Positions 11,901 through 20,829 are shown, counted from the first letter of the stretch. The stretch is 64,000 nucleotides of DNA from Bacteroidetes bacterium HGW-Bacteroidetes-4 (GCA_002840905.1 PHDD01000005.1:3012-67011); one strand, 5' to 3'. Translations and numbers: made by a program. The notes: a model not told the origin generated them from the letters alone.

Positions 11901-12369
11901 ACTTTTAAATACTTTTTCGATGCAAAAAAGAATGTACGAATCTGAATTCTTTAACACAAAAAACTACCGGATAAATTCGCAAAGCAACAGTTTAACTGCA
12001 CAATGGCAACCGGGAATACGCTTTCGGATTTCACTTAAATACAGCATAAAACAAAAAGACAATACCTGGGGAAACCAGCATCTGCTTTATCAGGAAATTT
12101 CACCCGAATTAAAATTTAATTCCCCGTCAAAAGGATACATTACCTTAAGTACCGCATTTATAAACAACCGGTTTAAAGGCGAAGAGAACACATCGGCTGC
12201 GTACACTATGATGGAAGGAAACGCTGCCGGAAAAAACTTTAAATGGAATGTCAACATAAGCCGAAACATAAATGATTTTTTGCGGTTCACGGCCAGCTAC
12301 ACCGGGCGGAAACCGGCTGATTTAAAAACCATTCACACCGGTCAGTTTAGTCTGGTGGCTTTCTTTTAA
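8923..12369 (+). CDS. Large conserved outer-membrane (beta-barrel-like) protein of unknown function
   Basis: 1148 aa. The TTG start is supported by a complete signal peptide (MKKLYFLIVLLLTAFMVQSQ). An internal ATG would remove that peptide. The protein is rich in alternating aromatic/polar beta-strand-like sequence and ends in the aromatic tail SLVAFF typical of OMPs. I recognised no catalytic motifs. Confidence 0.6.
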   Translation: MKKLYFLIVLLLTAFMVQSQNWSNLRQKTIAIADSLLLDSLSIVPGSLIASQGPRVLKEGVDFEINYSTALFTWINSNHKNTNATFSYRVFPVNFSFSTKQLSIFDSIPEKGSYIKNENYERINASGLPIDQNSLEVNGTIARGINVGNNQNMGLNSTLNLQIKGKLSEDVFIDAVMSDNSIPMQPDGYSQQINEFDQIYMRIYNQKHSLQIGDLKLNENNSYFLKFNRKVQGIDLQTQSNYATKNSYTRNRVSAAVAKGSFNRIEFLGTEGIQGPYQLKGANNETFVVVLAGTEKVFLNGVMLERGEKADYVMDYNTAELSFNPKHMINNKSRIIVEFEYSDKNYNRFLFYTDQQFNYNKGSISVQYFTEGDAKNQPVNQEINPFEKQVLELAGDNITGSVIPNIDSIAFDQNRVLYKMIDTLVNGVFYDSILVYSTHPDSAFYQAGFSLVGENRGNYIRVLSTTNGKMYQWVAPQNSIPQGNYEPVQLLIPPKKQQLALIKSTFKPTKNIKIETELAYSQKDLNTFSNRDSYDNNGYALSTRYHQKINLNASNLTVFAHYNFIHKHFYPLERFRPAEFEREWNLLSEIKNNEHYISSGITLSKKQHHSFSVIQEYLNKGTEYEGSKTLFRTKVKNGKLSFTADGSYLNTKGSAFSSVFYQHHTSLAFTHKKWEAGVGHHMENNKLFLVHTDSLLNQSQLFSETGSFLNYGDSSSQQARIAYKNRIDFSPFQNQLVKSSVSDDLSFEMQLAKNPNNQLQTAITWRNLNIINDSLLPNLKSEQNLLAWLEHQLNVKKRLVTLYTFYEMGSGLESKKEYAYLEVAPGQGNYTWVDLNNNNQQELNEFELAAIAEEANYIKMYTPTGEYLKVYSVKLNETLKINPDAIWKNESGIKKLASHFSNQLSLRIFQKHSQSKLEARMNPFTSSYADSQIISTNNSLRNTFSFNRSHPKFGADYTLSQQKQKSLLVNGFDESMLQLHELKVRWNLTAELLLLNTFSMQKRMYESEFFNTKNYRINSQSNSLTAQWQPGIRFRISLKYSIKQKDNTWGNQHLLYQEISPELKFNSPSKGYITLSTAFINNRFKGEENTSAAYTMMEGNAAGKNFKWNVNISRNINDFLRFTASYTGRKPADLKTIHTGQFSLVAFF

Positions 12370-12458
12370 AAATAACACACACAATGCAAATCTTTTTAAA
12401 CCCTGCTTTGTATTAATAAGTTGAATTAATATATTGTGCCTTCAAGTAAAACAGCATT

Positions 12459-13517
12459 ATGACTCACAAAGCGGAAAGCCCCTTACATCGTATAAAAGTA
12501 TCGCGTATCATTCTGCCCTCACTTTTAGGTTTGGGGGTAATTGGCTACATGCTTTTCAAAAATTTTAACCGCGAAGCCTTTGATGCCGTTGAATTCACTA
12601 CCGCTTCTATTTTTTGGTTAACCGTGGCCGCATTAATGATGTTTATCCGCGATTTGGGTTACATCATTCGCATTCGCATACTTACCGGAAATCAACTAAG
12701 CTGGATGCAGGCCATACGGATAATTTTTCTGTGGGAATTTACCTCAGCTATTACTCCTAGCGCTATTGGAGGAACCAGCGTGGCCATTTTATATGTTAAC
12801 AAAGAAGGAATCGGTATTGGAAAAAGTTCAGCCGTTGTAATGGCCACCTCCTTTCTCGACGAAATGTATTTTGTTATCATGTTCCCGATTCTTCTCTTAT
12901 TGGTAAATGCGCAAGAGTTATTCAGTATCGGAGGAGGATTTAGCTTTACCAATCCCTACTTAATTGCCGCGGTTACCGGATATGGTTTAAAAGTTCTTTG
13001 GGTTGTAGCCATAAGTTATGGCTTGTTTAAGAATCCACGCGGTTTGAAATGGTTAATTCTGTTGGTTTTTCGCCTGCCTTTTATACGCCGATGGAGAGCT
13101 GGAGCATCCCGGGCAGGCGATGAGATTATCGAGAGTTCAAAAGAATTAAAAAAACAAAACTTCAATTTTTGGCTCAAGGCTTTTGGCGCTACCGTTTTTT
13201 CCTGGACCGCCCGTTATTGGGTGGTAAATGCTCTTTTTCTGGCATTTTTTGCTGTAAACGATCATTTCCTGCTTTTTGTACGGCAATTGGTTATGTGGAT
13301 AATGATGCTGGTAACCCCTACACCCGGCGGAAGCGGGCTTTCAGAATATATTTTCTCTGAATATCTGGGCGATTTCTTGCCCTTTGCCGGTATTGCTGCT
13401 ATTATGGCGCTTCTTTGGCGCCTGTTTACCTATTATCCCTATTTAATAATTGGTGCCTTTTTATTCCCTCGCTGGTTAAAAATGAAATTTGGTTCAACAA
13501 GTAACAAAGCAAAATAA
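12459..13517 (+). CDS. Flippase-like / lysylphosphatidylglycerol-synthase transmembrane-domain family membrane protein (UPF0104)
   Basis: 352 aa, polytopic with at least 7 hydrophobic segments, and the family motif TPTPGGSGLSEY near the C-terminus. Confidence 0.65.
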   Translation: MTHKAESPLHRIKVSRIILPSLLGLGVIGYMLFKNFNREAFDAVEFTTASIFWLTVAALMMFIRDLGYIIRIRILTGNQLSWMQAIRIIFLWEFTSAITPSAIGGTSVAILYVNKEGIGIGKSSAVVMATSFLDEMYFVIMFPILLLLVNAQELFSIGGGFSFTNPYLIAAVTGYGLKVLWVVAISYGLFKNPRGLKWLILLVFRLPFIRRWRAGASRAGDEIIESSKELKKQNFNFWLKAFGATVFSWTARYWVVNALFLAFFAVNDHFLLFVRQLVMWIMMLVTPTPGGSGLSEYIFSEYLGDFLPFAGIAAIMALLWRLFTYYPYLIIGAFLFPRWLKMKFGSTSNKAK

Positions 13518-13598
13518 TTTTCGTTTACCTGAAAGCCTTGTTTATCAAAACAAGAAACATCAAAGGTTAAACAGATTGCCTCAAAGGTTAAATAATAT

Positions 13599-13606
13599 TA
13601 TATTTG
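13599..13606 (+). promoter_or_regulatory. Candidate -7 box (TATATTTG) for dxs
   Basis: Exact TAnnTTTG, 28 nt upstream of the dxs ATG. An ATTG lies 20 nt upstream as an imperfect -33 element. Confidence 0.45.
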
Positions 13607-13633
13607 CATACTTTTTATTATTGAATTTGTTGT

Positions 13634-15586
13634 ATGGAACAGGCGGCTGGCAAACTACTTTCTACCATTAATTCTCCCGAAGATTTAAAAAAATTATCGA
13701 GCTTAGATCTTATCCACCTAAGCGATGAATTGCGTCAATTTATTATCGATGTGGTTTGCGAGCACCCCGGTCACTTTGGTGCCAGCTTAGGCGTTGTTGA
13801 ACTCACCATAGCCCTGCACTACGCTTACAATACTCCTTACGACCAGCTTGTATGGGATGTTGGTCACCAGGCTTACGGCCACAAAATCCTAACCGGAAGA
13901 CGTGATCGCTTTCATACCAACCGTAAATTGAATGGCATTAGTGGATTCCCCAATATTTTTGAAAGTAAATATGATGCCTTTGGTGTCGGGCACTCCAGCA
14001 CTTCAATTTCTGCAGCACTGGGTTTAGCTGTGGCATCAAAAATAAAAAAAGAGAAAGAGCGTCACGTTGTTGCCATTATCGGCGACGGTGCACTTACCGG
14101 TGGTTTGGCTTTTGAAGGATTGAACAATGCCGGGGTTCAAAAATCGAACCTTTTGGTCATTTTAAACGATAACGACATGGCTATCGACCCCAATGTGGGT
14201 GCATTTAAAGAATACCTTGTCGATATAGCCACATCAAAAACATACAACCGCTTAAAAGACGATGTGTGGAAACTTCTGGGAAAACTCAACCGTTTTGGGC
14301 CCAATACCCAGGCATTAATTCAAAAAATTGACAACGGTATAAAAGCCATTTTAATGAAGCAGGGGAACTTTTTTGAAGCCATGAATTTCCGTTATTTTGG
14401 CCCCGTTGACGGACACGATGTAGTGTATCTTACCAAAATTCTTGACGATTTAAAGCAGATTCCCGGTCCCAAGGTGCTGCATGTAAAAACTATTAAAGGC
14501 AAAGGATTTAAGCAAGCCGAACTGGATCAAACCACCTGGCATGCTCCGGGCCTTTTCAATAAAGTAACCGGACAAATAATTAAAGGAAACAACCTTAAAC
14601 CAATTCCTCCACGGTTTCAGGATGTTTTTGGTGAAACTTTGTTGGAACTGGCCCGGCAAAACGAGAAAATAGTGGGCATTACACCCGCAATGCCTACCGG
14701 TTGCAGCATGAACCTGATGATGGAAGCGCTGCCCGAACGTACCTTTGATGTGGGCATTGCCGAACAACATGCTGTTACCTTCTCTGGCGGACTGGCTGCA
14801 CAGGGTTTAATTCCTTTTTGCAACATTTATTCAACCTTTATGCAGCGTGCCTTCGATCAGGTTATTCACGATGTAGCCCTGCAAAAACTAAATGTAGTTT
14901 TCTGTATCGACCGCGGAGGTTTGGTTGGGGAAGATGGAGCCACACATCATGGGGCATATGATATTGCCTACATGCGTTGCATTCCCAATTTAACTGTTGC
15001 AGCTCCAATGGACGAGATTGAACTGCGCAACATGATGTTTACCGCACAACAAGACAACATGGGTCCTATATCCATTCGTTATCCACGAGGACGTGGCGTA
15101 ATTACCGATTGGAAAAAGCCTTTTGAAAAAATTGCAATTGGAAAAGGAAGAATTGTACGTGAGGGAAAGGACCTTGCTGTGCTTACCATTGGGAACACCG
15201 GAAATTTTGTCACCCAGATTTCAGCTCGCCTGCTTGAAGCCGGTATTGATTATGCTCACTACGATATGCGCTTTGTAAAGCCTATTGACGAAGCTTTGTT
15301 GCATAGCATCGTTAAAAATTTTAAACAAATTATTACCATTGAAGATGGAACAATTGTTGGTGGCTTTGGAAGCGCAGTGCTTGAATTTATGGCTGAAAAT
15401 GCTTATTCGGTTCCCGTAAGGCGTTTGGGTATCCCCGATCGTTTTGTTGAGCAAGGAACTCCTGAGCAACTACATGCGCTTTGTGGTTATGGCCCCGAAG
15501 GAATTTTGCAGTCGATAACAGAACTGATGGAGCAAAAAGAAAACAAAAAAATTGAAACCCATAAGCAGGTAGGGAGTGTACGCTGA
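13634..15586 (+). CDS. dxs: 1-deoxy-D-xylulose-5-phosphate synthase
   Basis: 650 aa. It has GHFGASLGVVELT, DVGHQAYGHKILTGRR, the ThDP-binding GDGALTGGLAFEGLNN and the transketolase-like C-terminal domains. Confidence 0.95.
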   Translation: MEQAAGKLLSTINSPEDLKKLSSLDLIHLSDELRQFIIDVVCEHPGHFGASLGVVELTIALHYAYNTPYDQLVWDVGHQAYGHKILTGRRDRFHTNRKLNGISGFPNIFESKYDAFGVGHSSTSISAALGLAVASKIKKEKERHVVAIIGDGALTGGLAFEGLNNAGVQKSNLLVILNDNDMAIDPNVGAFKEYLVDIATSKTYNRLKDDVWKLLGKLNRFGPNTQALIQKIDNGIKAILMKQGNFFEAMNFRYFGPVDGHDVVYLTKILDDLKQIPGPKVLHVKTIKGKGFKQAELDQTTWHAPGLFNKVTGQIIKGNNLKPIPPRFQDVFGETLLELARQNEKIVGITPAMPTGCSMNLMMEALPERTFDVGIAEQHAVTFSGGLAAQGLIPFCNIYSTFMQRAFDQVIHDVALQKLNVVFCIDRGGLVGEDGATHHGAYDIAYMRCIPNLTVAAPMDEIELRNMMFTAQQDNMGPISIRYPRGRGVITDWKKPFEKIAIGKGRIVREGKDLAVLTIGNTGNFVTQISARLLEAGIDYAHYDMRFVKPIDEALLHSIVKNFKQIITIEDGTIVGGFGSAVLEFMAENAYSVPVRRLGIPDRFVEQGTPEQLHALCGYGPEGILQSITELMEQKENKKIETHKQVGSVR

Positions 15587-15646
15587 ACTGTATCAGCGAT
15601 AATTTAAAACGACTGAAGGGTAAGGTTACACGATTTTCAACAAGGT

Positions 15647-18028
15647 TTATTTCAGACGTTCCAATTCCTGTTCAACAAGCTGATGCAATTCTTTTTCTTT
15701 TGACCTATCTACACAAACAACCAATACTATGGCTTGCATGCGATCACGCTGAATTACCAGATACGATTCCTGAATCCATTGTTCTTTGTTACGCGACAAG
15801 ATTTTGTGAAAGCGTTGGCCATAACCTTCTGCTACCATTTTTTCCCAAAACGCTGAAAACTCATTTTGAGAGTCGCTATCCTGGGCAACCAATATATCAA
15901 AGTATTTATCTATTACATTATCATAATTGCTTCCATAAGCCGATGCCATTAGCGGACTGATATCAATTATTCGTCCTTTTAAATCGAGTTCTGCAACCAT
16001 AACATGCTGTTTAATGGCTTTTATATGGCTTTTTAAACTTTCTTCGCGCTTTGCTGCTTCTTCCTGTGTTGCCAGCATCTCCTCCAAATTCTGGCGCATT
16101 TCTTCTTCGTGCTGGGCTAATTCGTCGGCTTGTTCCTGCGATTGTTCCAAAAGTTTAGCCGTTCCAATATTGGTTTTTACACTGGAAATTACCGAAGCAA
16201 TATTCTCACACAGTTTCTCGATAAACTCAATCTGGTATGGTTCAAACTTTTTATACGAGAGCAATTCAAAAGCTCCTAATGTCATTTCGTTGATGGTAAT
16301 GGGTGATACCAGCAGATTGTTGGGTCGTGCTTTATCCTGCATTCCGGGCGACAAGGCAACATAACGCTCAGGCAGTGAGGTAAGCTGAATGGTTTTGTTT
16401 TCATCGATAGCCCGTCCTAAGAGTTCCTGCCCCCGGATAACATCTTTTTTTAACATTACCGCTTTACCATAGGCCATGGCGGCTTTCAGTTCAAAAGAAT
16501 CGTTTTCCAGCGAATCGTCTTCAATCTGGGAACTAACATACATTGCTCCCTGGGCCGCACCGGTATATTCTATCAGTTGCGATAATATGTTCATGGTAAA
16601 AAGTTCCATGTCGTCATTATGTTGCCGAATTACCTCGCCAAATTTTGCCAATCCATGGGTAACCCAGTTTCTCTTTTCGTCTTCAATGCGCTTAAGTTCT
16701 TCCTGTTCACGTGCTTTCATCAAACTTTTCTGCATACTCAAAAGCGATTTCCCCAACATATCTTTTTCACTTAAGAGTTTGTATTCGGCGCTCAGATTAC
16801 CCTGTCCGATTTGGTTGGCAAAAGCAGCAGCGCCATTCAGGCTTTCGGTAAGTTCATTCATAGCTTCGGCGGTTTCGCTAATTTCGTCTTTAATAGCGAA
16901 CTTAATGGTTTCCATAGCCGCAATATCGCCCGCGGCAACCTTTTTAAGCTGCTCGGTTGTTTTTAACAAGGGTTTTGTAATCGACGTGCTGATGCCAAGA
17001 AGTATGGTACTAATAATTATGATAACTACTATACCTAAAAACAAGGCAAAACTAAAAGTACGATTGGCCCGTTCGTGCAAAATAAGCAAAGGAGCAGATA
17101 CTCCTATTGACCAGGGGAATTCAGAATTTGTAATTTGTACGGGAATAAAATTAAATAAGCAAGTTTCTTCACTTATAGGATCGCTTCCCGAAAATTGTTG
17201 CTTAAGTCCCTGGCTTACCTCTTCCATAACCCTGTTTTGGGTTTCTATTTCAGAAGCATACCGACTGAACGACTTGCCCAAATAAACCGACTCGGGATGC
17301 GAAACAATTAAGCCCTGGTTCGATAAAATAAAAACCTTACCGGCATTGAAGGGCTTAAGGGTGCTGTATAGTTCATTCAATTTTGAAACAGGGACAGCCA
17401 TTCCAACCATTCCAATAAAAGCTTCCCGATTTGATACCGGAACATTAATCGAAAAATAAAGTATCGAATCAGGTGCTTCAGGGAGGGATACATAAAACGG
17501 TTCTGAAAGCATCTTTTTCCTGGTGTTCTTTACTTGTTCATATATGTTTTCGCTGAAGAAAGGATTATCAAGAACAACCTCCGTTTTATTATCCCATAAA
17601 TACGGTGCAAACTCGAACGCCAAAAATGGTTCCTGCTGTATTGAAGCCGTTGAATCAGTAAATTGCAATTCATCGGGTTGCGCTGTGTTAATTTCGAGTT
17701 TGGTATAAACCGCACTGATTGCCGGGTTTTGATTTAAAAATTCGGAAAGCATTTGATTCAGCACATCATTTTGACGATCTTCGGGTAAAAAATTGTATTG
17801 AGCAAAAGCCGAAGCTAAAACCTTAGCTGCCTGATAGTAGTTTTGCAATTCCTTTGTAAGACTTTGTGCAAGTTCTTCCGTTTGTGCGTTCATTTTTTGT
17901 TCTGCATAGGTTGCAGAAAACTTTTTTAATTCCAGCGATATGTATCCTAATGCCAAGACAGAAACCAACAAAGTGGTTCCCAACACAAAAAGCAGCATTT
18001 TACCATTTAAACGAAGTTTCAAATTCAT
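15647..18028 (-). CDS. Membrane sensor protein with the order TM, Cache-like extracytoplasmic domain, TM, HAMP, GAF, coiled coil, PAS-like. No recognisable output domain.
   Basis: 793 aa. Two hydrophobic helices (LLFVLGTTLLVSVLALGYI and FALFLGIVVIIIISTILLGI) bracket about 290 aa. There is a HAMP-like segment (ITKPLLKTTEQLKKVAAGD...DEISETAEAMNEL), a GAF-like block (ILSQLIEYTGAAQGAMYVS...LGAFELLSYKKFEPYQIEFIEKL), an acidic coiled coil EEMRQNLEEMLATQEE, and a C-terminal PAS-like module. It is a paralogue of the upstream gene. Confidence 0.7.
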   Translation of the reverse strand: MNLKLRLNGKMLLFVLGTTLLVSVLALGYISLELKKFSATYAEQKMNAQTEELAQSLTKELQNYYQAAKVLASAFAQYNFLPEDRQNDVLNQMLSEFLNQNPAISAVYTKLEINTAQPDELQFTDSTASIQQEPFLAFEFAPYLWDNKTEVVLDNPFFSENIYEQVKNTRKKMLSEPFYVSLPEAPDSILYFSINVPVSNREAFIGMVGMAVPVSKLNELYSTLKPFNAGKVFILSNQGLIVSHPESVYLGKSFSRYASEIETQNRVMEEVSQGLKQQFSGSDPISEETCLFNFIPVQITNSEFPWSIGVSAPLLILHERANRTFSFALFLGIVVIIIISTILLGISTSITKPLLKTTEQLKKVAAGDIAAMETIKFAIKDEISETAEAMNELTESLNGAAAFANQIGQGNLSAEYKLLSEKDMLGKSLLSMQKSLMKAREQEELKRIEDEKRNWVTHGLAKFGEVIRQHNDDMELFTMNILSQLIEYTGAAQGAMYVSSQIEDDSLENDSFELKAAMAYGKAVMLKKDVIRGQELLGRAIDENKTIQLTSLPERYVALSPGMQDKARPNNLLVSPITINEMTLGAFELLSYKKFEPYQIEFIEKLCENIASVISSVKTNIGTAKLLEQSQEQADELAQHEEEMRQNLEEMLATQEEAAKREESLKSHIKAIKQHVMVAELDLKGRIIDISPLMASAYGSNYDNVIDKYFDILVAQDSDSQNEFSAFWEKMVAEGYGQRFHKILSRNKEQWIQESYLVIQRDRMQAIVLVVCVDRSKEKELHQLVEQELERLK

Positions 18029-18087
18029 CTCGTATAATTCTAATATTTTATAGCTCTATCAATCGTATTCTGGTTTATTTTTAACCA

Positions 18088-20829
18088 TTATACTGAAATA
18101 TGCAACAACTTTTTAAGCTCAATATAAGCCAGCGACCAGTAATTTGAGATGGTTCGCAATAAACCGGGTATGTCGGCCATATTTTTTTGTTCAGCCAGCA
18201 ACTTTTCAATTTCGCGCAGGTTCTCGTAAATCATTTTTAAGCCCATGTAATTCATCTTGGTTTTAAGGCTGTTAATTTTTGATTTTAATTTATTGAAATC
18301 GCGTGATTTTGACAAGTCCATCACCTCTTGCAATTGTCCTGGCAACGTGTCAAAATAAAGTTTAAGTATGTTGTAAATTTTAGCCGGATCTTTCTTATAA
18401 ACCATTTTCAGGTAAGTTAGATCAATGTAGTTAAGCTGCATATTCAAATCAATTACAGCAACCCCTGCAGGAGCTTTTTGATCGCTATCAAGAGTTCGCG
18501 GCGTAATTATTCCTTCTTTTATTTGTTGAAGCTTGCTTTCTGTCTTTTTTAATTCGGTAATATCGAAGCCAACACACAAGATTTTTGTAATAAGCCCGGA
18601 TGTATCGCGCACGGGAATAAATTGTTCTTTAATCCAGTATTCTTCTTTTCCGGAGCGAATGTATTCGACCAATTCCTGAGCAAAACCTCCGTTTAACTGG
18701 GCCCAGAATTCATTATGATTTTGCTGATCTGGGTCACTCATAAACGAATCGGCTTTGTGTTGTTTGCCCACATATTGTGCTTTGGTTCCTTTAAGTATGC
18801 GCAGGTAATTATCGTTGATATCAATTATTTTCCCCTTGGTATCGTAAACTATTATGGGCAACATTTTTTCATAGCCTTTAATAAGTGCCTGCAACTCGTT
18901 TTCGCGTTTGGTGGCTTCTTCCTGAGTAGCCTGCATCTCCTCCATGTTTTGACGCATTTCTTCTTCTTGCTGCTCCAGTTCTTCGGCTTGTTTTTTTGCT
19001 TTATCGAGCAGTTCGGCCGTACGCGCGTTTGTTTTTACAGCAGCAATTGTAGATGCAATGGTTTCAGCAATTCGCTCAACAAATGCAATTTGATAGGGAA
19101 AAATATCGTTTACCGATGCAATTTCTAATACTCCAATAAGGTTCTGATTGCTGACAAGAGGAACAACCAATACGGCTTTTGGCAAGCTGCTTCCAAGTCC
19201 GCTGCCTATTTTATCAAAATCGTCGGGTATATCGTTAATAAAAATTGTTTCCTTTTCCTGAATACAACGTCCGACCACGCCATCGCCCGGTTCAATAATT
19301 TTTTTATTGTATTTTTCTTTGGTGAATCCAATATAGGAAACCAGTTCAAGAGAATTATCGTCGGTTGTTGTTAGATAAATACCGCCCATATGAGCTTCCA
19401 TATAAAGGGTAATTGCTTTTATTACCTCGTAGGTTAAGCCTTTAATATTCTGATTATCGACGCGCAATACCCGGTTAAAAAGATTAATTCCCTGTGAAGT
19501 CCATTCCAGATGTTTTTCTTCTTCTTCACGATTTATTTCTTCAATCTTTGCCTTTTTAAGACTGTCACGCATGTCGATTACGGCATTTCCTAAAATATCA
19601 TTTTTCCCCAGGGGAATAAATTCATATTCATAGTTTCCTTTTCCAATATTCTCAGCAAACTCCGTTACGCGCTCCAGTCCATCAACAACCTCGTTCACCG
19701 ACCGTGCAATATCTCCAATTTCGTCGTCACGTTTAATTTTTAGCCGTACTATGCCGTGCATGTTTCCCAAAGCCAGCCGTTTTAATACCCTGCGTGCTTT
19801 TTTTAGCGGAATGGTAATTGAGAGCGAAAAAACAAGAATAATAAAAGCCATAATAATTAAACCCACCAATTCTATTTTGTGCACGGTAATAATAGTGGCG
19901 TCAACTTTTTTGTTTATTGAATCCAACGGAGCCTCAATCATTAGTGCCCAATTGGTATTGGTTTGTCCTATGGGAAACGAAACCAAAGTGCAATACGTGC
20001 TGTCGTTTCCTTGTGTATCGGTAATTGTAAAACGTGAAATTGTACCCGATTGAATGCGATCTAAAATTTGGTATTGGTTGGCCAGCAGGGTGTCCGTTTC
20101 CGAAATAAGCTTACCCGATAATTCCCGATCCGAATGCGCCAGCATTGTTCCCCTGTCAGAAAACAATACCAGATCAAATGATTGTCCGAGTGCTAAAGAG
20201 TCAATCTTCTGCTGTATGACCGACAAATTAAAGTCGATTCCGGCATAACCGGCAAACTGGTTTTTCCATTTTATGGGTGTTAACAAGCTAAAAACTTTGG
20301 GTTGACTGGTATAATCCGGCCAATCGTGATTGTAAATTTCTGAAACGGTTTCTCGTTCCAATTCGGTTAGTGAACTGTACCAGTCGTTACCCTCACCATA
20401 ACGATTAAGCGTGTCTATCTTATTCTCCCATTGGTTTTGCTCATTTTTATAAAAAGCAGTTAAAACGCGTCCGTGCGTTTTTTCCCAAAAGGAATCGGTC
20501 ACCGCCAAATGCCTCGATTCCCAAATTGCCATATATGATGCATTGGGGTCGATGAGTCCACCCAGGGTTTGATCAAGCATGGGCTGATTGTTTCTGTTAT
20601 TTTCAGTCCATTGAGAATAATAACGGATTTGATTTAATCCACCGTCAAAAAGTAATTTAAACGATGCCGTATATTTTTGTATCAGAATATCGTTAAGCTG
20701 ACGCGTTTCAACAGAAGCGTTCTTTTTAAAATTACGTCCAATTATTTCAAGGGTAACATAGAATACAGCCCCTGCAACAACTAAAATGGATAACAACATC
20801 CGAACGCTTAACCTAAGTCTTATTTTCAT
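18088..20829 (-). CDS. Membrane sensor protein with the order TM, Cache-like domain, TM, HAMP, GAF, coiled coil, PAS, HPt-like domain. No kinase domain.
   Basis: 913 aa with the same layout as the downstream paralogue: TM helices LLSILVVAGAVFYVTLEII and LVGLIIMAFIILVFSLSI, HAMP DEIGDIARSVNEVVDGL, GAF VIKAITLYMEAHMGGIYL...IGVLEIASVNDIFPYQIAFVERI, and coiled coil EEMRQNMEEMQATQEE. It has an extra C-terminal four-helix HPt-like segment (LKLYFDTLPGQLQEVMDL...KINSLKTKMNYMGLKMIYENLREIE). Confidence 0.7.
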   Translation of the reverse strand: MKIRLRLSVRMLLSILVVAGAVFYVTLEIIGRNFKKNASVETRQLNDILIQKYTASFKLLFDGGLNQIRYYSQWTENNRNNQPMLDQTLGGLIDPNASYMAIWESRHLAVTDSFWEKTHGRVLTAFYKNEQNQWENKIDTLNRYGEGNDWYSSLTELERETVSEIYNHDWPDYTSQPKVFSLLTPIKWKNQFAGYAGIDFNLSVIQQKIDSLALGQSFDLVLFSDRGTMLAHSDRELSGKLISETDTLLANQYQILDRIQSGTISRFTITDTQGNDSTYCTLVSFPIGQTNTNWALMIEAPLDSINKKVDATIITVHKIELVGLIIMAFIILVFSLSITIPLKKARRVLKRLALGNMHGIVRLKIKRDDEIGDIARSVNEVVDGLERVTEFAENIGKGNYEYEFIPLGKNDILGNAVIDMRDSLKKAKIEEINREEEEKHLEWTSQGINLFNRVLRVDNQNIKGLTYEVIKAITLYMEAHMGGIYLTTTDDNSLELVSYIGFTKEKYNKKIIEPGDGVVGRCIQEKETIFINDIPDDFDKIGSGLGSSLPKAVLVVPLVSNQNLIGVLEIASVNDIFPYQIAFVERIAETIASTIAAVKTNARTAELLDKAKKQAEELEQQEEEMRQNMEEMQATQEEATKRENELQALIKGYEKMLPIIVYDTKGKIIDINDNYLRILKGTKAQYVGKQHKADSFMSDPDQQNHNEFWAQLNGGFAQELVEYIRSGKEEYWIKEQFIPVRDTSGLITKILCVGFDITELKKTESKLQQIKEGIITPRTLDSDQKAPAGVAVIDLNMQLNYIDLTYLKMVYKKDPAKIYNILKLYFDTLPGQLQEVMDLSKSRDFNKLKSKINSLKTKMNYMGLKMIYENLREIEKLLAEQKNMADIPGLLRTISNYWSLAYIELKKLLHISV

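Noticed and set aside
15581-15603. The short hairpin CGCTGA-ACTGTA-TCAGCG after dxs as a terminator
   Set aside because: The stem is only 6 bp, overlaps the stop codon, and has no convincing T-run on either strand. It is too weak to call.
16476-17285. A 269-aa plus-strand ORF antisense to the 793-aa sensor gene
   Set aside because: It is extremely Ser/Leu/Cys-rich and low in complexity, as expected from reading the complement of a Glu/Lys/Leu-rich coiled-coil and GAF coding sequence. It has no signal peptide, motif, promoter or terminator of its own. The sense-strand protein has a coherent domain architecture.
18715-20248. Several 64-137-aa plus-strand ORFs antisense to the 913-aa sensor gene
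   Set aside because: Same reasoning as above. They are shadows of a well-supported gene with implausible Phe/Cys-rich composition.
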